A DNA stretch of 63,027 bases, the filler included, from Globobulimina sp. (Eukaryota), in NCBI GenBank assembly GCA_003354225.1. It is 46 parts of 46 records of this genome, joined end to end, with 100 filler letters (N's around TTAATTAATTAA, not from the genome) between each part and the next. Parts side by side here need not be neighbours in the genome. Positions count along the whole stretch, not along the records: positions 49,409 to 50,680 come from PIVH01019695.1; positions 50,781 to 52,052 come from PIVH01019696.1; positions 52,153 to 53,424 come from PIVH01019697.1; positions 53,525 to 54,796 come from PIVH01019698.1; positions 54,897 to 56,168 come from PIVH01019699.1; positions 56,269 to 57,540 come from PIVH01019700.1; positions 57,641 to 58,912 come from PIVH01019701.1; positions 59,013 to 60,284 come from PIVH01019702.1; 38 more parts are not named here. One strand, written 5' to 3'. How positions within the stretch are numbered: position 1 is the stretch's first letter; each line of letters starts with the position of its first letter. The notes under the pieces were generated by a model. That model searched no databases, was not told where the DNA came from, and saw nothing but the letters and a program-made list of their open reading frames with translations. The translations under genes and the position numbers were made by a program. This document shows positions 49,449 through 61,756 of the stretch, piece by piece.

Positions 49449-50000
49449 TAGGGACGTTCACTTGCGGAAATGGACTTTCGCCAAATTCGGAAATCCGGAA
49501 ATTGCCATTTCGGAAATTTCGGAAATCGGAAAATGCAATTTTCGGAAAATTCGGAAATGTCTATTTTGCTAATTAAACATGCATAACATCACTATTTTAT
49601 CACTTTATCATCATTAAAGCACTTCCTAACTATTTTAAAGCCATTTACAATATCTTTGAAACGCTTTCTGGTTGTTTTAACTATGTTAAAATGGTGAGAA
49701 TGCAATTGCCAAATAATTTTGGGTAAATTTGGAGTCCAAAAATAGATTTGACAAAGAAAAAACCATCAAAAATAAATTTCAGAATGACAATATGCAGTAT
49801 TTCTTAGTGCTGACATGAAAATTGAGCCATCTTGCTGTGAAAAAATCTAAAATTGCTCACTTTTCCTTGAAAAATGATCATTTTTTCACGAAATTTGGCA
49901 AATTCGGAAAATTCGGAAGAAAATCGATAAATTCGGAAATCGCCCTATTTTCGGAAATTTCCGCGGAAAATTCGGAAATTTCCGCAAGTGAACGTCCCTA
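49449..50000. mobile_element. 552-bp non-autonomous DNA transposon (MITE) with 23-bp perfect TIRs
   Basis: TAGGGACGTTCACTTGCGGAAAT at 49449-49471 and its reverse complement at 49978-50000; subterminal TTCGGAAA repeats. Confidence 0.88.
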
Positions 50001-50850
50001 ATCGGAACGTTTGATAGTGCGTTCGAAAGGTATTTCCAAGGGCTATCGAATGGCCGCTCGTTTTGTTTCCCCCGACCATTTGTTGGAGAGTTATGGTCGT
50101 TTGAAGTTACCAAGTTATGGTGAAATATGTTGATTGGGTATAAAACGAAGTATCGTTCTTTGTCTGAAGTCACGCAAACGGGGCTTTTTAATATAGCAAT
50201 CGATAGAGCGAAGTGTGAGGATCATTTTGGTTTTTTAAACAACGAAATTGGACCACTGGACGAAGAGTTATGTCGAATTTAGTGAAAATTTGATGTTGGC
50301 CAAAAATGTCGATTTTGAGCCACGCGTAACGCCAAGTGTAACATTGGCAAAAAAAGTCGTTAGGGGGTAATTTTTTTTTTAAACGAAAGTTTGGGTCGAG
50401 AGGAAGTCAATGGTGGTATTCCCGTGTCTCTATCTTGTTATCACGAGAAATGGCACACGTTCGAAAAAGGTACCCAAAATGGACCCAAGGATTTTTTTTG
50501 TTGTTCGATCGTCCCTCACCCCCAGGCCGTAGCTGTGAAACCTAGTTGGTGGCCGTGTGTGACCAATAGTTACCCCTACCCACCCACCAAGTTTCATTCG
50601 TCTTGCTTGTTCCGTTGGATAATGGTACAAGATGAGCCTAGGTGAGACATATCATATTTCAGTATATTGGCTCGTGGGGCNNNNNNNNNNNNNNNNNNNN
50701 NNNNNNNNNNNNNNNNNNNNNNNNTTAATTAATTAANNNNNNNNNNNNNNNNNNNNNNNNNNNNNNNNNNNNNNNNNNNNCTCTTTTTTTTTATTTGAAA
50801 ATGTTTATTTTTTTTCCAATAAAATATTACCTAAAACATATATATTTAAC

Positions 50851-52052
50851 TTACAACATTGCTAAAACAGCAGTTAAATCTCCTGCATTTTCTGGAATTG
50901 GCGGCGTTTCTGATAACTGTGTATCATTATTATTATTTTCTAAATCCTCCAAAATATCTAAAAATTCATCATCATTCTGACTTAAAATGGACATATTATT
51001 CCTTTGCGACACTGAATATCTTCGAGATATATTAACTTGACTCATATTTGAATTCTATGTATTTTCAAAAAGTGAATACAGCGCAATAATATCTATGATA
51101 TGATTGATATCTAACTAAACTCTAATTGGTTGTGACAGCATATCATCTGAATATTTTTTATATTTATACTGCGATGATTCTATTTTATGCGACTGAGCCA
51201 TAAATGGATGCTGCTGCTTATATTTTTGAATCAGTCCCTTTAAAATGTTCATATTTCTCTTCTCGATCCGATTGGATGGAATATCATCCATTATTCGTTT
51301 AGCCGGTGGTGAGAATAAAGCGGTTAAGTTAGCGCTGATCGTTAAATCCAACTCTTTCCTGCGATTCTTTTCCCAGTTCCAAATATCATTGACAGAGGGC
51401 ACCAATTTCTGTTGCAAGTGGTCAATATCAGCATGGTTAATATCTATTTTATTTATTGATTTTATGTTTAAAATGTTATATGAAATGATATCAATTTCTA
51501 ATTTACAAATAGATTTTCTTTTAATTTGTGTGGAGGATAAGAGATGGATTGGAATATTATATGCATTGCTATTGCAATTGGAGGGGATCGGGTGTCTGAA
51601 TAATGGGTTACTAAAATAGATAAAATTGATTCCATATAAATTGTAATCAATAAAGAAGTGCAATAGGTATGAAATGTGGGATTCGTAGGGCTGGAATTTC
51701 TGTTCGTTTATCACGCCACTTAATAGTATCATGGTTAGTCGTTTTATGTCAGCTGGGTCGATTAATGATATTTTTATGAAGGCTTCGTCGTTTTGATGAT
51801 AGCCATAAAAATCTTTAGCATAAACTATGCATAAATTATAAAATAACTCTTTCTTTCTTTTTCTCCATTTATTATTGTTGTTGTTGCCGTTGAGTGAATT
51901 AATAATATTTTCAATTTGTTTTGCAAAGGATGTCAAATATAAATTAATTTCTTGTTCATTCATGGTATTTATTAAATTTTTATTTTTTGGATTGAATGGA
52001 ACCAATAAGTATGGGAATACTCTGTGAATATGAATACAACATTTGTCATTAT
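50851..52052 (-). CDS. REV3: DNA polymerase zeta catalytic subunit, N-terminal part; intron 51055-51120
   Basis: CIHIHRVFPY, FYGYH..FIKI, FQPYESHISYLLHFFIDYNLYG, C.LEID, LVPSV..IW..E..RR. Confidence 0.93.
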
Positions 52053-52560
52053 NNNNNNNNNNNNNNNNNNNNNNNNNNNNNNNNNNNNNNNNNNNNTTAA
52101 TTAATTAANNNNNNNNNNNNNNNNNNNNNNNNNNNNNNNNNNNNNNNNNNNNCCATGGTCTCTTAGTGTCATTATCTGTGTACTTCAGTTATGTTGACTT
52201 AAAACAGCTTTTTTGGTGTTTTCTAATTTTTTGTTTGTTTTGCAACTTGTTTTATGTTGTTTTTCATTTGTTTTATTATGTTTTTTAATGTGTTTTGCTG
52301 TGTTTTGTCAAATGTTTTTCTATGTTTCAGAAATTGTTTTATTGTGTTTTATAAATTATTTTGGGTGTTTTACAATATGTTTTATGTTGTTTTATAATAT
52401 GTTTTTTATTGTTTCATCATGTTTTATAATATGTTTTGTTATGTTTTATAATATGTTTTGTCATGTTTTATCTTGTTTTATAATGTGTTTTGTTTTGACC
52501 GGTATACTTACTAAATATATATAATAACAATTAAAATGTTGGACATTTTAGGAGAAAACG

Positions 52561-53079
52561 GTGGATGTGGACGATGTTATTAATAAACATAAAACGTCTG
52601 CACAAGTCGGAGAAATGGCGGATGCTCAAGGATCAACCGCGGTGATTGCTGCTTTGATATTTGGATTTGCGGTGTCGTTTATAGGGGATATAGCGGACGA
52701 TGGTTCTTGGGTTTTTTCGTTTTTTGCATTTTTTTTGATGGGGACTGTAGGTCTTTCATGTTGGGGCTTAATTGTATGTATTATTTGGTATGGTGCTGCC
52801 CGTATGATCAATGGATGGGGCGTTGTCGAAACGTTTACAGCCTTTGAAAAAAAAACAAATAGATCGAGAAGTATGGCAAATGCAGCTGTTTATGCCTCGA
52901 TGGTTACATTCATGGTGGCTTTGTTGTTAAATTCCTTCATTTCGTACAAGGCAACTACTTCAATTGTAATAGCTTCTGTTACCGGATTGTTTATTATTTT
53001 ATCAATGCATCAAGCATTTTTTGTTGCCAATGCCTATTTTAAATCTTACGGAATGGATGTAAAAGATCAATTTAAATGA
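52561..53079 (+). CDS. 4TM membrane protein, Orai-like
   Basis: Four TM helices; TM1 AALIFGFAVSFIGD resembles Orai SALLSGFAMVAMVE. Confidence 0.5.
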   Translation: MDVDDVINKHKTSAQVGEMADAQGSTAVIAALIFGFAVSFIGDIADDGSWVFSFFAFFLMGTVGLSCWGLIVCIIWYGAARMINGWGVVETFTAFEKKTNRSRSMANAAVYASMVTFMVALLLNSFISYKATTSIVIASVTGLFIILSMHQAFFVANAYFKSYGMDVKDQFK

Positions 53080-53201
53080 CACTAATTATTTGTTTTTATG
53101 CCAGAATTTGTTTTTTGTTTGCTTTTGTTTATTATATATATATAGTATATATATAATATTGCACACATTCTGTGCAAGGATTTCTTAGTATTTTGAAGAA
53201 T

Positions 53202-53343
53202 TACTTTAGAATAGGACCGGTTCAGAACACTTTTCTTTTGAAATTGTATACATTATCCTTATTCCTAGCACTGCATCTAAATCTCCATAGGATTTTAAAT
53301 TGTTTAAACACGCGGCGTTTCAAACAGGTCCTATTCTAAAGTA
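53202..53343. mobile_element. About 140-bp MITE-like element: 17-bp inverted repeats including terminal TA
   Basis: TACTTTAGAATAGGACC at 53202-53218 and GGTCCTATTCTAAAGTA at 53327-53343. Confidence 0.75.
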
Positions 53344-53721
53344 TTGATTTCTTAAAGTTTTTGAAGAAAGTATTGATAATTTTGGACACCGAGTCTCTGT
53401 TCACCGAGTCATTAGACTCCTGAANNNNNNNNNNNNNNNNNNNNNNNNNNNNNNNNNNNNNNNNNNNNTTAATTAATTAANNNNNNNNNNNNNNNNNNNN
53501 NNNNNNNNNNNNNNNNNNNNNNNNCAAAACTTTTTTTGCTTTTTCTGTTAGTAACCCTTTGTCAAATGTAGTCGTAAAATGATGAATTTACTCTAGAATA
53601 ACTTATGTCATTTATTTCTGTCTTTAAAAAAAAATTAAAATCAATATGCTTGGTTTAGGCAAAAGTTTGTGAAAAGGAAATCTGATTATAAATTATTAAA
53701 ATAGTGCTATAAATGCATCAT

Positions 53722-54795
53722 TTAAGACGTCTCGCATTTGTGTTTTATATACAAAGCGCTGCCAAGTTGGGGTTCTCTCTCCGGTTTAACAAATTTAATG
53801 TAAGTTTGTCTTCCATCACCACCCAACTTCCACGTCAATTGCTTCCTAAATAAATCTAAGAACAATTTACTTTTTAATAATATCGAGCCACCACAAACAA
53901 TATTAATATCCTCATATTTGTCGTAATCAAATGATTCCTTTGGATACATTTTATTCAATATCAACAACAACCGTATCAGCAATGCACTCACTGCATTATC
54001 AATGATTTGTTTTGCAACCAGGCATTCGTTATAACTTTCAATTGCAAGCAATGCACATTCCGCAACCTGTTTATATTTATCCTTTGCATTATAAGTCCAA
54101 TCGACCAATGATCCAAACTCTTTCACTCCCGATTTATTCATCAATTTGCTATATAATATCATTGATCCTCCATATTCTGACACTAATTGCATATCAAATT
54201 TACTCTTTCCAGCCACATCCGTTCCTACATCGGACTTTTCCTCATCATCAACATACCGCTTCTCCGCATCACCGCAGATGTCATAATACAAAGCCGCAGC
54301 TTTTAATACCTTTTCGCCAATAAAATATCCGCTCGCATCGTCTCCGAACATCGGACCCCATCCACCCGCTCGATACTCGACATTTGGGTCACCTCTGTAG
54401 CCACACACAATAAATCCGGTGCCCACAATGCATACAATACCACTCATTTCCTTCGGGCATACACTGGCGATATCACCTACGGAATCATTATGCACTTCGA
54501 TACGCACGCTTTTTTTGTGCTTATTGTCTAATATTTTAGCGATGGCGGCTTGCCATTCAACTTTGTCTGCAATCATAGTGCATCCTGCTGTGGTCATACA
54601 AATGCCGGCAACGTCGGACTTGCTTCGCTTTGCTAAGGTCAGTAAACCATGGATTCCATCCGAGACATTCTTGGCTGCATTGTCAAAACCAATGTTATTT
54701 TTGTTGCATGAACCGGATACGAATTTGGATAATACTTTCTCGTTTTCGTCAATTAATACTAATTTTGATGATGATGCACCGCCATCAATACCAAT
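53722..54795 (-). CDS. N-acetylglucosamine kinase / BadF-BadG family sugar kinase (5' partial)
   Basis: IGIDGGASSS, VHNDS, IVGTG, RAGGWGPMFGDDASG. Confidence 0.9.
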   Translation of the reverse strand: MGIDGGASSSKLVLIDENEKVLSKFVSGSCNKNNIGFDNAAKNVSDGIHGLLTLAKRSKSDVAGICMTTAGCTMIADKVEWQAAIAKILDNKHKKSVRIEVHNDSVGDIASVCPKEMSGIVCIVGTGFIVCGYRGDPNVEYRAGGWGPMFGDDASGYFIGEKVLKAAALYYDICGDAEKRYVDDEEKSDVGTDVAGKSKFDMQLVSEYGGSMILYSKLMNKSGVKEFGSLVDWTYNAKDKYKQVAECALLAIESYNECLVAKQIIDNAVSALLIRLLLILNKMYPKESFDYDKYEDINIVCGGSILLKSKLFLDLFRKQLTWKLGGDGRQTYIKFVKPEREPQLGSALYIKHKCETS

Positions 54796-54975
54796 GNNNN
54801 NNNNNNNNNNNNNNNNNNNNNNNNNNNNNNNNNNNNNNNNTTAATTAATTAANNNNNNNNNNNNNNNNNNNNNNNNNNNNNNNNNNNNNNNNNNNNTCGT
54901 TTCGTAGCTCGGGAAGACTTTGGATGGAATGAAATCAAAGAAGACTTAGATGAAGGACCCGAACAGTCCATTATT

Positions 54976-56168
54976 ATGGAACAACTGCCCAAAACCCAAA
55001 CGAATAAAAGCAAATGGAATAAAACAAAAATGAAAGAAGTCCATCAACGGCTTCAAGAATATGTACAGACCGCATCAGAGCAAAATACATCTTTGTATAT
55101 TGCCTCAAACTCTCTTCGACAATCCGATTTACATAAATTGTCACAAATTATTCAAATTGCACCATTAACCCCCACCAATAACGACAATTTAACCCATATC
55201 GCAGAGGAGGAACAACCGCCAATCACATATGTCCATAACTATAACGATATTCTTTTCAGAGATTATCATTACCGGCATTTAGCACAATTTATCCACGATG
55301 ACACACAGCAACAATTCCACATTGATAAACTGACCGATTTTGATTTAAAACGCATTGTCTTCGATAACAGTATAAATGGTGACATATTAAAGCAAAATAT
55401 GAGCGAAATATACATAAAAAATACATTTAATAACAATATAAAAGATGGAAAACATAAATTTAAGAATGCGACTATAAAATATTTATGTCAGAGTATGGAT
55501 GATATCAAAGAGGGATGGAATGAAGAGGACGTGCTTCGATTTTTATATTTTGCAGAATCTCAAATCATACGCAATGCCATAATCAATCTTAAAATTGATG
55601 GAAAAACGTTTATAATGATTGAAAAAACTGAATGGGTCAAACGATTGAAACAATTTGATATAAAAGTTGGAGCCGCTCAGGCTTTCTATGATAAAATAGT
55701 TGAGTGCAAGGATAAAATATCTATGAATTGCAGTATATTTACCCTAAATTATATAGGACAAGCATAAGATGGACAGCGCATTGAGTTTACAGCGATCAAT
55801 GTCGCATTCGGTGAGTATCAAATATGAGGATAATGACAATCCGAATATAGCCAATCTGAGTAACATTGAAGTGCCTGATCTGTTGGAGGAACCTAAACAT
55901 GTCGAATTTAGTGACGATGAGTTCCATATCACACCAGACACTGATTCATTTGCTCAAAATATTGTGGAGGAAATGCATCGAATCAACGATGATAATGAGA
56001 GTGAAGAAGAAAAATACGATGAATTTGACAATAATTTTGCGACCATTAATGAAGAGGAGGAAGAGGACTATGAATCGCGAGACGATGAGTATGATAACAG
56101 TGAGCGTGGTGTGTCTACGAAGCCAGCCTCGATATTGAATGATGAGAAACATAGTAAATACCCCATTT
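54976..56168 (+). CDS. Hypothetical protein with SAM-like repeats and acidic tail; probable intron 55699-55756
   Basis: A phase-0 GT-AG intron would join FYDKI to DKHKMDS. Confidence 0.5.
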
Positions 56169-56268
56169 NNNNNNNNNNNNNNNNNNNNNNNNNNNNNNNN
56201 NNNNNNNNNNNNTTAATTAATTAANNNNNNNNNNNNNNNNNNNNNNNNNNNNNNNNNNNNNNNNNNNN

Positions 56269-56523
56269 GTGACCAGGCCACGGAAACATCCACCAATCAA
56301 AGTGCATAGTTTTAAATTTTATATATTCTTTGTTGTTAACAAATGTTTCAAAATCTGCATCGCCCGGAAACCCATGACCTGGAGGATTCATTCTTGTATC
56401 TAACACATTTAAAGCACCTTCACTCAATTTAGCATCTTTTGCAGGCAATAAAGACGCGATAAATTCCTGTATATTCTTTTCATCATCAATCGTATATTGG
56501 TCATCCTGCTTTGCCTCTGTCAT
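56269..56523 (-). CDS. Hypothetical protein with HFDWWMFP motif (OGFr/DUF1810-like), 5' part
   Basis: Motif similarity only. Confidence 0.35.
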
Positions 56524-56569
56524 TGTTAATTCGTGGTTTTTGAGTGCACTGAACATTATTTGAAACAAG

Positions 56570-57540
56570 ATGGAAGCTTTAGAATTCCCAGGATATCTAA
56601 GTCTAATATTAACCTTCATTTGTGCGTCAATTCAATTACTAATATTATGTGATTTGGTGAAAAATACACGTTCGAATCTACCAAACAAAACAATTGCAAT
56701 TGCATATGCATCCATTGTCTCGTTTGCTTTATATCCATTTGGTATATTTATCCAATCTATCTATGAAGTATCAATCTCATCTTCTAACCAACCATTTGAT
56801 CATCGAATATGTCCATATCGCACTTTCACACAATTTTCGTTTTCTGTTGGAAAAATATTAATGTATTTATTTTACACCGCCCGTTTGTATGAAATATTTA
56901 ATGGCTCCACTTACAAATACAAAAAATATCCACTTCAAATATTTGCTTTCTTCATAACCATCGGGTTTCTGTCTGTGTCGTTCTTATTTGGTATGGGTGT
57001 AATCGATGGATATCTAAAAACTGCAAATTCAGAGATACATTCAGTCAGAGCTTGCGATGAGAAAATTATGAAAAACTCTTCTTTGAGCTACAATTATCGG
57101 ATCGCTGCAATTGCAATAAATATGATAACAGACCTTGTTACATCTATAATTATGCTACGGTACGTAACGAAAACTTAAAAGCCCGAATCTGTCCACAAAT
57201 TAATAATGAAATACCACACAAAACAGGTTATATTTGAAGAAACTCATTTTATTATCAGTAGCTTTTGATAATTTTGAATTTAAATCGAAATCACATCGAC
57301 ATAATAATGAGGTATTTATGGAGTTGATATTAAAAACTACGAATCTGTTGATACTGTGTGTGATTTCGGAATATATTATCTTATTAGTTCCAGCCTTATC
57401 GATTGGTGTATATTGGATGAGTATCAATCATACAATTAATGTTTTATGTATTTATTTCAGTTTTGGTGGTACATTTAATGATAAACTGTATGCGAAATTA
57501 TGTTGTTGTGTTAGTAATAAATATTGTCATCAATGTTGTG
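56570..57540 (+). CDS. 7TM membrane protein; intron 57160-57226
   Basis: Seven hydrophobic segments; GT-AG intron joins MLR to LYLKKL. Confidence 0.7.
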
Positions 57541-58055
57541 NNNNNNNNNNNNNNNNNNNNNNNNNNNNNNNNNNNNNNNNNNNNTTAATTAATTAANNNN
57601 NNNNNNNNNNNNNNNNNNNNNNNNNNNNNNNNNNNNNNNNGAAACGGGCATCAGAGGAATCGATATGGGCGCCACCATGCCGTTGACCGTATTGTTTGAT
57701 TTGGAAACGAATGGAACGATCGATACGATCGATGTGGTCTAAACATAAGCGTTCACACTCGGTGTATTGGGTGGAATGGACATAGGATTTCCATTTACGT
57801 AAAAAGGAGAGGTACTGCTGATGGTATTTAGAGGCTCGCGACGGTCTACGAGCTGAACGGGAAGACCGTTGTTGACTCGACATGAGAGAGAGAGATAACT
57901 ACTGTCAAAAAGAGATTTTCAGTAAGAGTCAGGACATTAAAATCAAATATACTTAGTAGTTAGTACTACTGTAGAACTCAAAACCACGGACCAAAACAAA
58001 CATATTAATTTTCAAGAAAATACCTATCACTAATTGACATTTTTGCGGATCGATA

Positions 58056-58912
58056 ATGCATCGTCCACACCAATTTGATAGATTGCCAGTCAGTGATTAT
58101 GATGATGAATCTGATGATGATGGTACGGACTTCTTGCATCCCATTGACAAATCAAATTCCATATTTCGAGATTTGATGAATTCGTGGTTTTATTTGTGGG
58201 TGTTTCAAATATTTAGAATTCAAAGGTTGGACCGTCACAGTATTCCAAAATTACCATCCTATTTAAACACAAAAAATTCATATTATAAATGGCAAAATGT
58301 ATATAACAGACGACGCCAAAATGAGCAGTCCGTATCAACATTGTCAATGATATATTTAATACGCAGAGAGAAAGCATATAATTACAATACTATTCACAAT
58401 TTCCACTGGCTCTTTAATAGTATTTTTGTGTTTGTTCATATTCAAACAATATTTATGGCCATTAATGGATACAATAAATGATAACGCCATGTCCAGCCAT
58501 GCTCAGTTCGCAAAGATTATAATTGTAGCAATATTATTGTTTATCCTCTCTAACACTAAAACGTTATTGATGGTGTACTCAAATAACAAGACGAACGATG
58601 TAGAATCGCGTGTTTCTTCCAATTTATATATGTTCATTTATGAGAAAAGTCTAAGTTTAGATTTGAATGAATGTGATAAAAAACAAGTTGTCAGCATTGT
58701 TGGCACTGACATTGAAGCAATACAGGTCGGTCTATGGTATTTTTTCTCGACCATCTCTGCAGTTATTGTAATTTTTTTTGTTTCGATGGTTGTGATGTAT
58801 TTAATGGTTGGTGTGAGTGGTATATTTGGCATAATGTTTTTGATATTTATTGCCATTCCATGCCAATTATTGGTCGGTTATAAATTAGCACATTATGGTA
58901 ATTTAGGAAAAC
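58056..58912 (+). CDS. ABC transporter C family, N-terminal/TMD1 part, frameshift near 58370-58390
   Basis: FRDLMNSWFYLWVF lasso-like motif, IYEKSL.L, VSIVGTDIE.I. Confidence 0.75.
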
Positions 58913-60186
58913 NNNNNNNNNNNNNNNNNNNNNNNNNNNNNNNNNNNNNNNNNNNNTTAATTAATTAANNNNNNNNNNNNNNNNNNNNNNNNNNNNNNNN
59001 NNNNNNNNNNNNGAAAACTTGAGGGCAGCTGGCACACTGATGATTTCTAATTGTCAATTTCGATTTCTGAAAAACAGCATAGGATCAATTGGATTTAAGT
59101 AAACACAAGTCTTCTTACTTCTGGGTTATCCATAGCAATAGAGAAAATTGGCTTATTTATAGTCAAACATATATCTCAAACATCATGATGATACATCCTT
59201 ATGGTACGCAAATGGTATGATGAGTAAAGTTAACCTATATATATAGTACAGATTAATTATGCTGCCTAACTAAAATAGCCTTCATATGCCTTGTTGGTGG
59301 GTGGTTAAATTATGCTTTCCCAAATAAACTCTTGGTTAAATTATGGTGGCATATTTAACTGGGTGGTTAAATTGCGCTTTCCAAAATAACCTCATGGTTA
59401 AATCAGGGGTTTGGTCGATACAAAAAGCAGGTCTTCTTACTTCTGGGTTTTCGATAACAATAGAGAAAATGGGGCTATTTATAGTAAAACACACAGCTCA
59501 AACCCTTATAGTACACAAGTGGTATGATGCAATAAAGTGAGCCTATATATAGTCTGTTTGTGTATCAGGTAAAATTTCTCCGATATGCTATAGGGCAGAT
59601 TGTTGTACCACTCTTTGAAGTGCTCTATATCATGTGGATGTCTAGCTGATACCAGCAGTAAATAGTTTTTATGATATGGTAGTACAGTGTTCTATATCAC
59701 GTAAATGTCTAGCTGATACAATCAATTTTGTTTGTATATAAGGGGCTAATTGGTTGGTTTTTGCAACATATATAAGCAGCTTAGTGTTGTTCACATTGTC
59801 CTTCGTCATATCAATGTCTGAACCCCTCTTATGAGCAAGTGCTAGGTTTAAAACGCATGAATAAGCATATGATGTGTACTCGATGTTAGTGTTTTTAACC
59901 CTAAGAACCTTTGTACATAACAATAGTGTTGTTTTAGGAAGAAATAATAACACTTTTGGTCCAATTGTACGCCAAAAATGAGTTTGCATATAACTCGTTA
60001 TCTTGTTCTTGTGAAATCGTGTCACAATTTGAAAATGACGTCATTTTCCCGCCAAAAACGACTTTGCGCTATATGTATGCATCATATGCATCATACGTCT
60101 CATGTGCTGTTTGAGAATATGTGCTCTCGCGCAAAATAGTGTTTGAATATGTTGCGCGGAATAGTGTTTTCCTCAGTTGCGCAGAG

Positions 60187-60284
60187 TTTTCCCGCCAAAA
60201 ACTGTTCTGAAAGCATTTTCCCGCCAAAAAACTGTTTCGAAATCATTTTCCCGCCAAAAACTGTTTCGAAATCGTTTTCCCGCC
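60187..60284. repeat. About 30-bp minisatellite with core TTTTCCCGCCAAAA
   Basis: Cores at about 60187, 60216, 60246 and 60276, plus an isolated copy near 60044. Confidence 0.85.
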
Positions 60285-60916
60285 NNNNNNNNNNNNNNNN
60301 NNNNNNNNNNNNNNNNNNNNNNNNNNNNTTAATTAATTAANNNNNNNNNNNNNNNNNNNNNNNNNNNNNNNNNNNNNNNNNNNNTCAATAACAGATGGTA
60401 AAGCGGATATGGATGGACTGTTTTATTGCAATGCATGTTGGCTGGAATTTGTTGACACAAATGATGGCGAAGAAGCAGATAATGAGTTATATCGTTTTAA
60501 TAATAATGAGAGTAATGATGTGTTGCAAGCTCAACAAACGAATGGAAATGGGAATGAAACACCAATCTGAAATGATTTTAGTTATAAAGTAACTTTTTTG
60601 TGTGATTGTGACCTTTACTTTTTAGGTATTATTACGTTTTTCATTTTTGCTGCTGGGGAGACGGATCTTTGGTTTTGATCATATTTGTTTGATCTCACTT
60701 TGCACTGAAAAACCTCTGGAATATTGTTTATTCGGTATCAGTGTCCATCGTACAAAATCCATTGGACTCTGTGTAATTAGAGCAGCTTCAGGTTGACATT
60801 CATAATTGGTCTAAAATTGAATAATTTCACGCAATTTCGAATTTATTTTGTCATCAAAAACACCGATTATTAATTAACTGAAATTGCCGCAAATCGATCA
60901 GTAAACACTTGCTTAT

Positions 60917-61656
60917 TTGTTTAAAACAATGTCATTATCAATACATGAGTCACATTATTATCTTCGATCACAATCAGATAAACATACACAGCGAACACAA
61001 ACATCCCTATCACCAACAACGCCACCAATGGACATAATACATAACACAAATACCCACGACTCGCAAACATCAAACTCATCCACAAAAAACACAACAAACA
61101 CAACAAATACTACAAAACCACCATCTAAAAAGAGACGCAAGCGACGATTCTCCCAACTTAACAACAACAGCCTTGAAATTGACGAAAACGAAGATATCGA
61201 TTTGAGTATAAACACAAACAAAAAAGCAAAACTGTCACGAACCATCAAATTCACTCTAGTTTAGTATACAACTATTAATTTTACACCAATCTCATAACAT
61301 TTTTATTTATTTTTAGCAAAAACGGAAAATTAAACGTATTCGCTTAACTTTTAATAACAAAAATAATAATAAACAGAACCTATACCCGATCATATCGCGT
61401 GAAGTGTCATTAAGTGCGACTTCAGAAATCATAAAAAATGCAAAAAAACGGCGTGACCGTGCTCATAAGCCTCGCATTGAAGAATATGAACTGATCGGAC
61501 CAAGAACCCATCGCAGGAACCCATACTTATGTCGTTACTCATTTTTTGCAGGCTACGAATGCGGAATAAAGGCGACATTGGGCGCTCGGGACGAGTTACG
61601 TGCTGCGATGAAGATATTATCACAGGACTTAGTGTCTGGACGCGCCAAAGCCTCCG
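60917..61656 (+). CDS. Hypothetical basic/nuclear protein; probable intron 61259-61316
   Basis: NLS-like KKRRKRR; phase-0 GT-AG intron joins two ORFs. Confidence 0.5.
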
Positions 61657-61756
61657 NNNNNNNNNNNNNNNNNNNNNNNNNNNNNNNNNNNNNNNNNNNN
61701 TTAATTAATTAANNNNNNNNNNNNNNNNNNNNNNNNNNNNNNNNNNNNNNNNNNNN

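Noticed and set aside
52213-52524. 103-aa hydrophobic ORF
   Set aside because: Translation of T-rich low-complexity repeats (TGTTTTATAATATG).
1274-61756. Regular TTAATTAATTAA repeats as a CRISPR-like array or nanochromosome/telomere signal; uniform 1.27-kb segments
   Set aside because: The motif is embedded in N runs and is a synthetic six-frame-stop linker. Equal lengths reflect length-sorted contigs.
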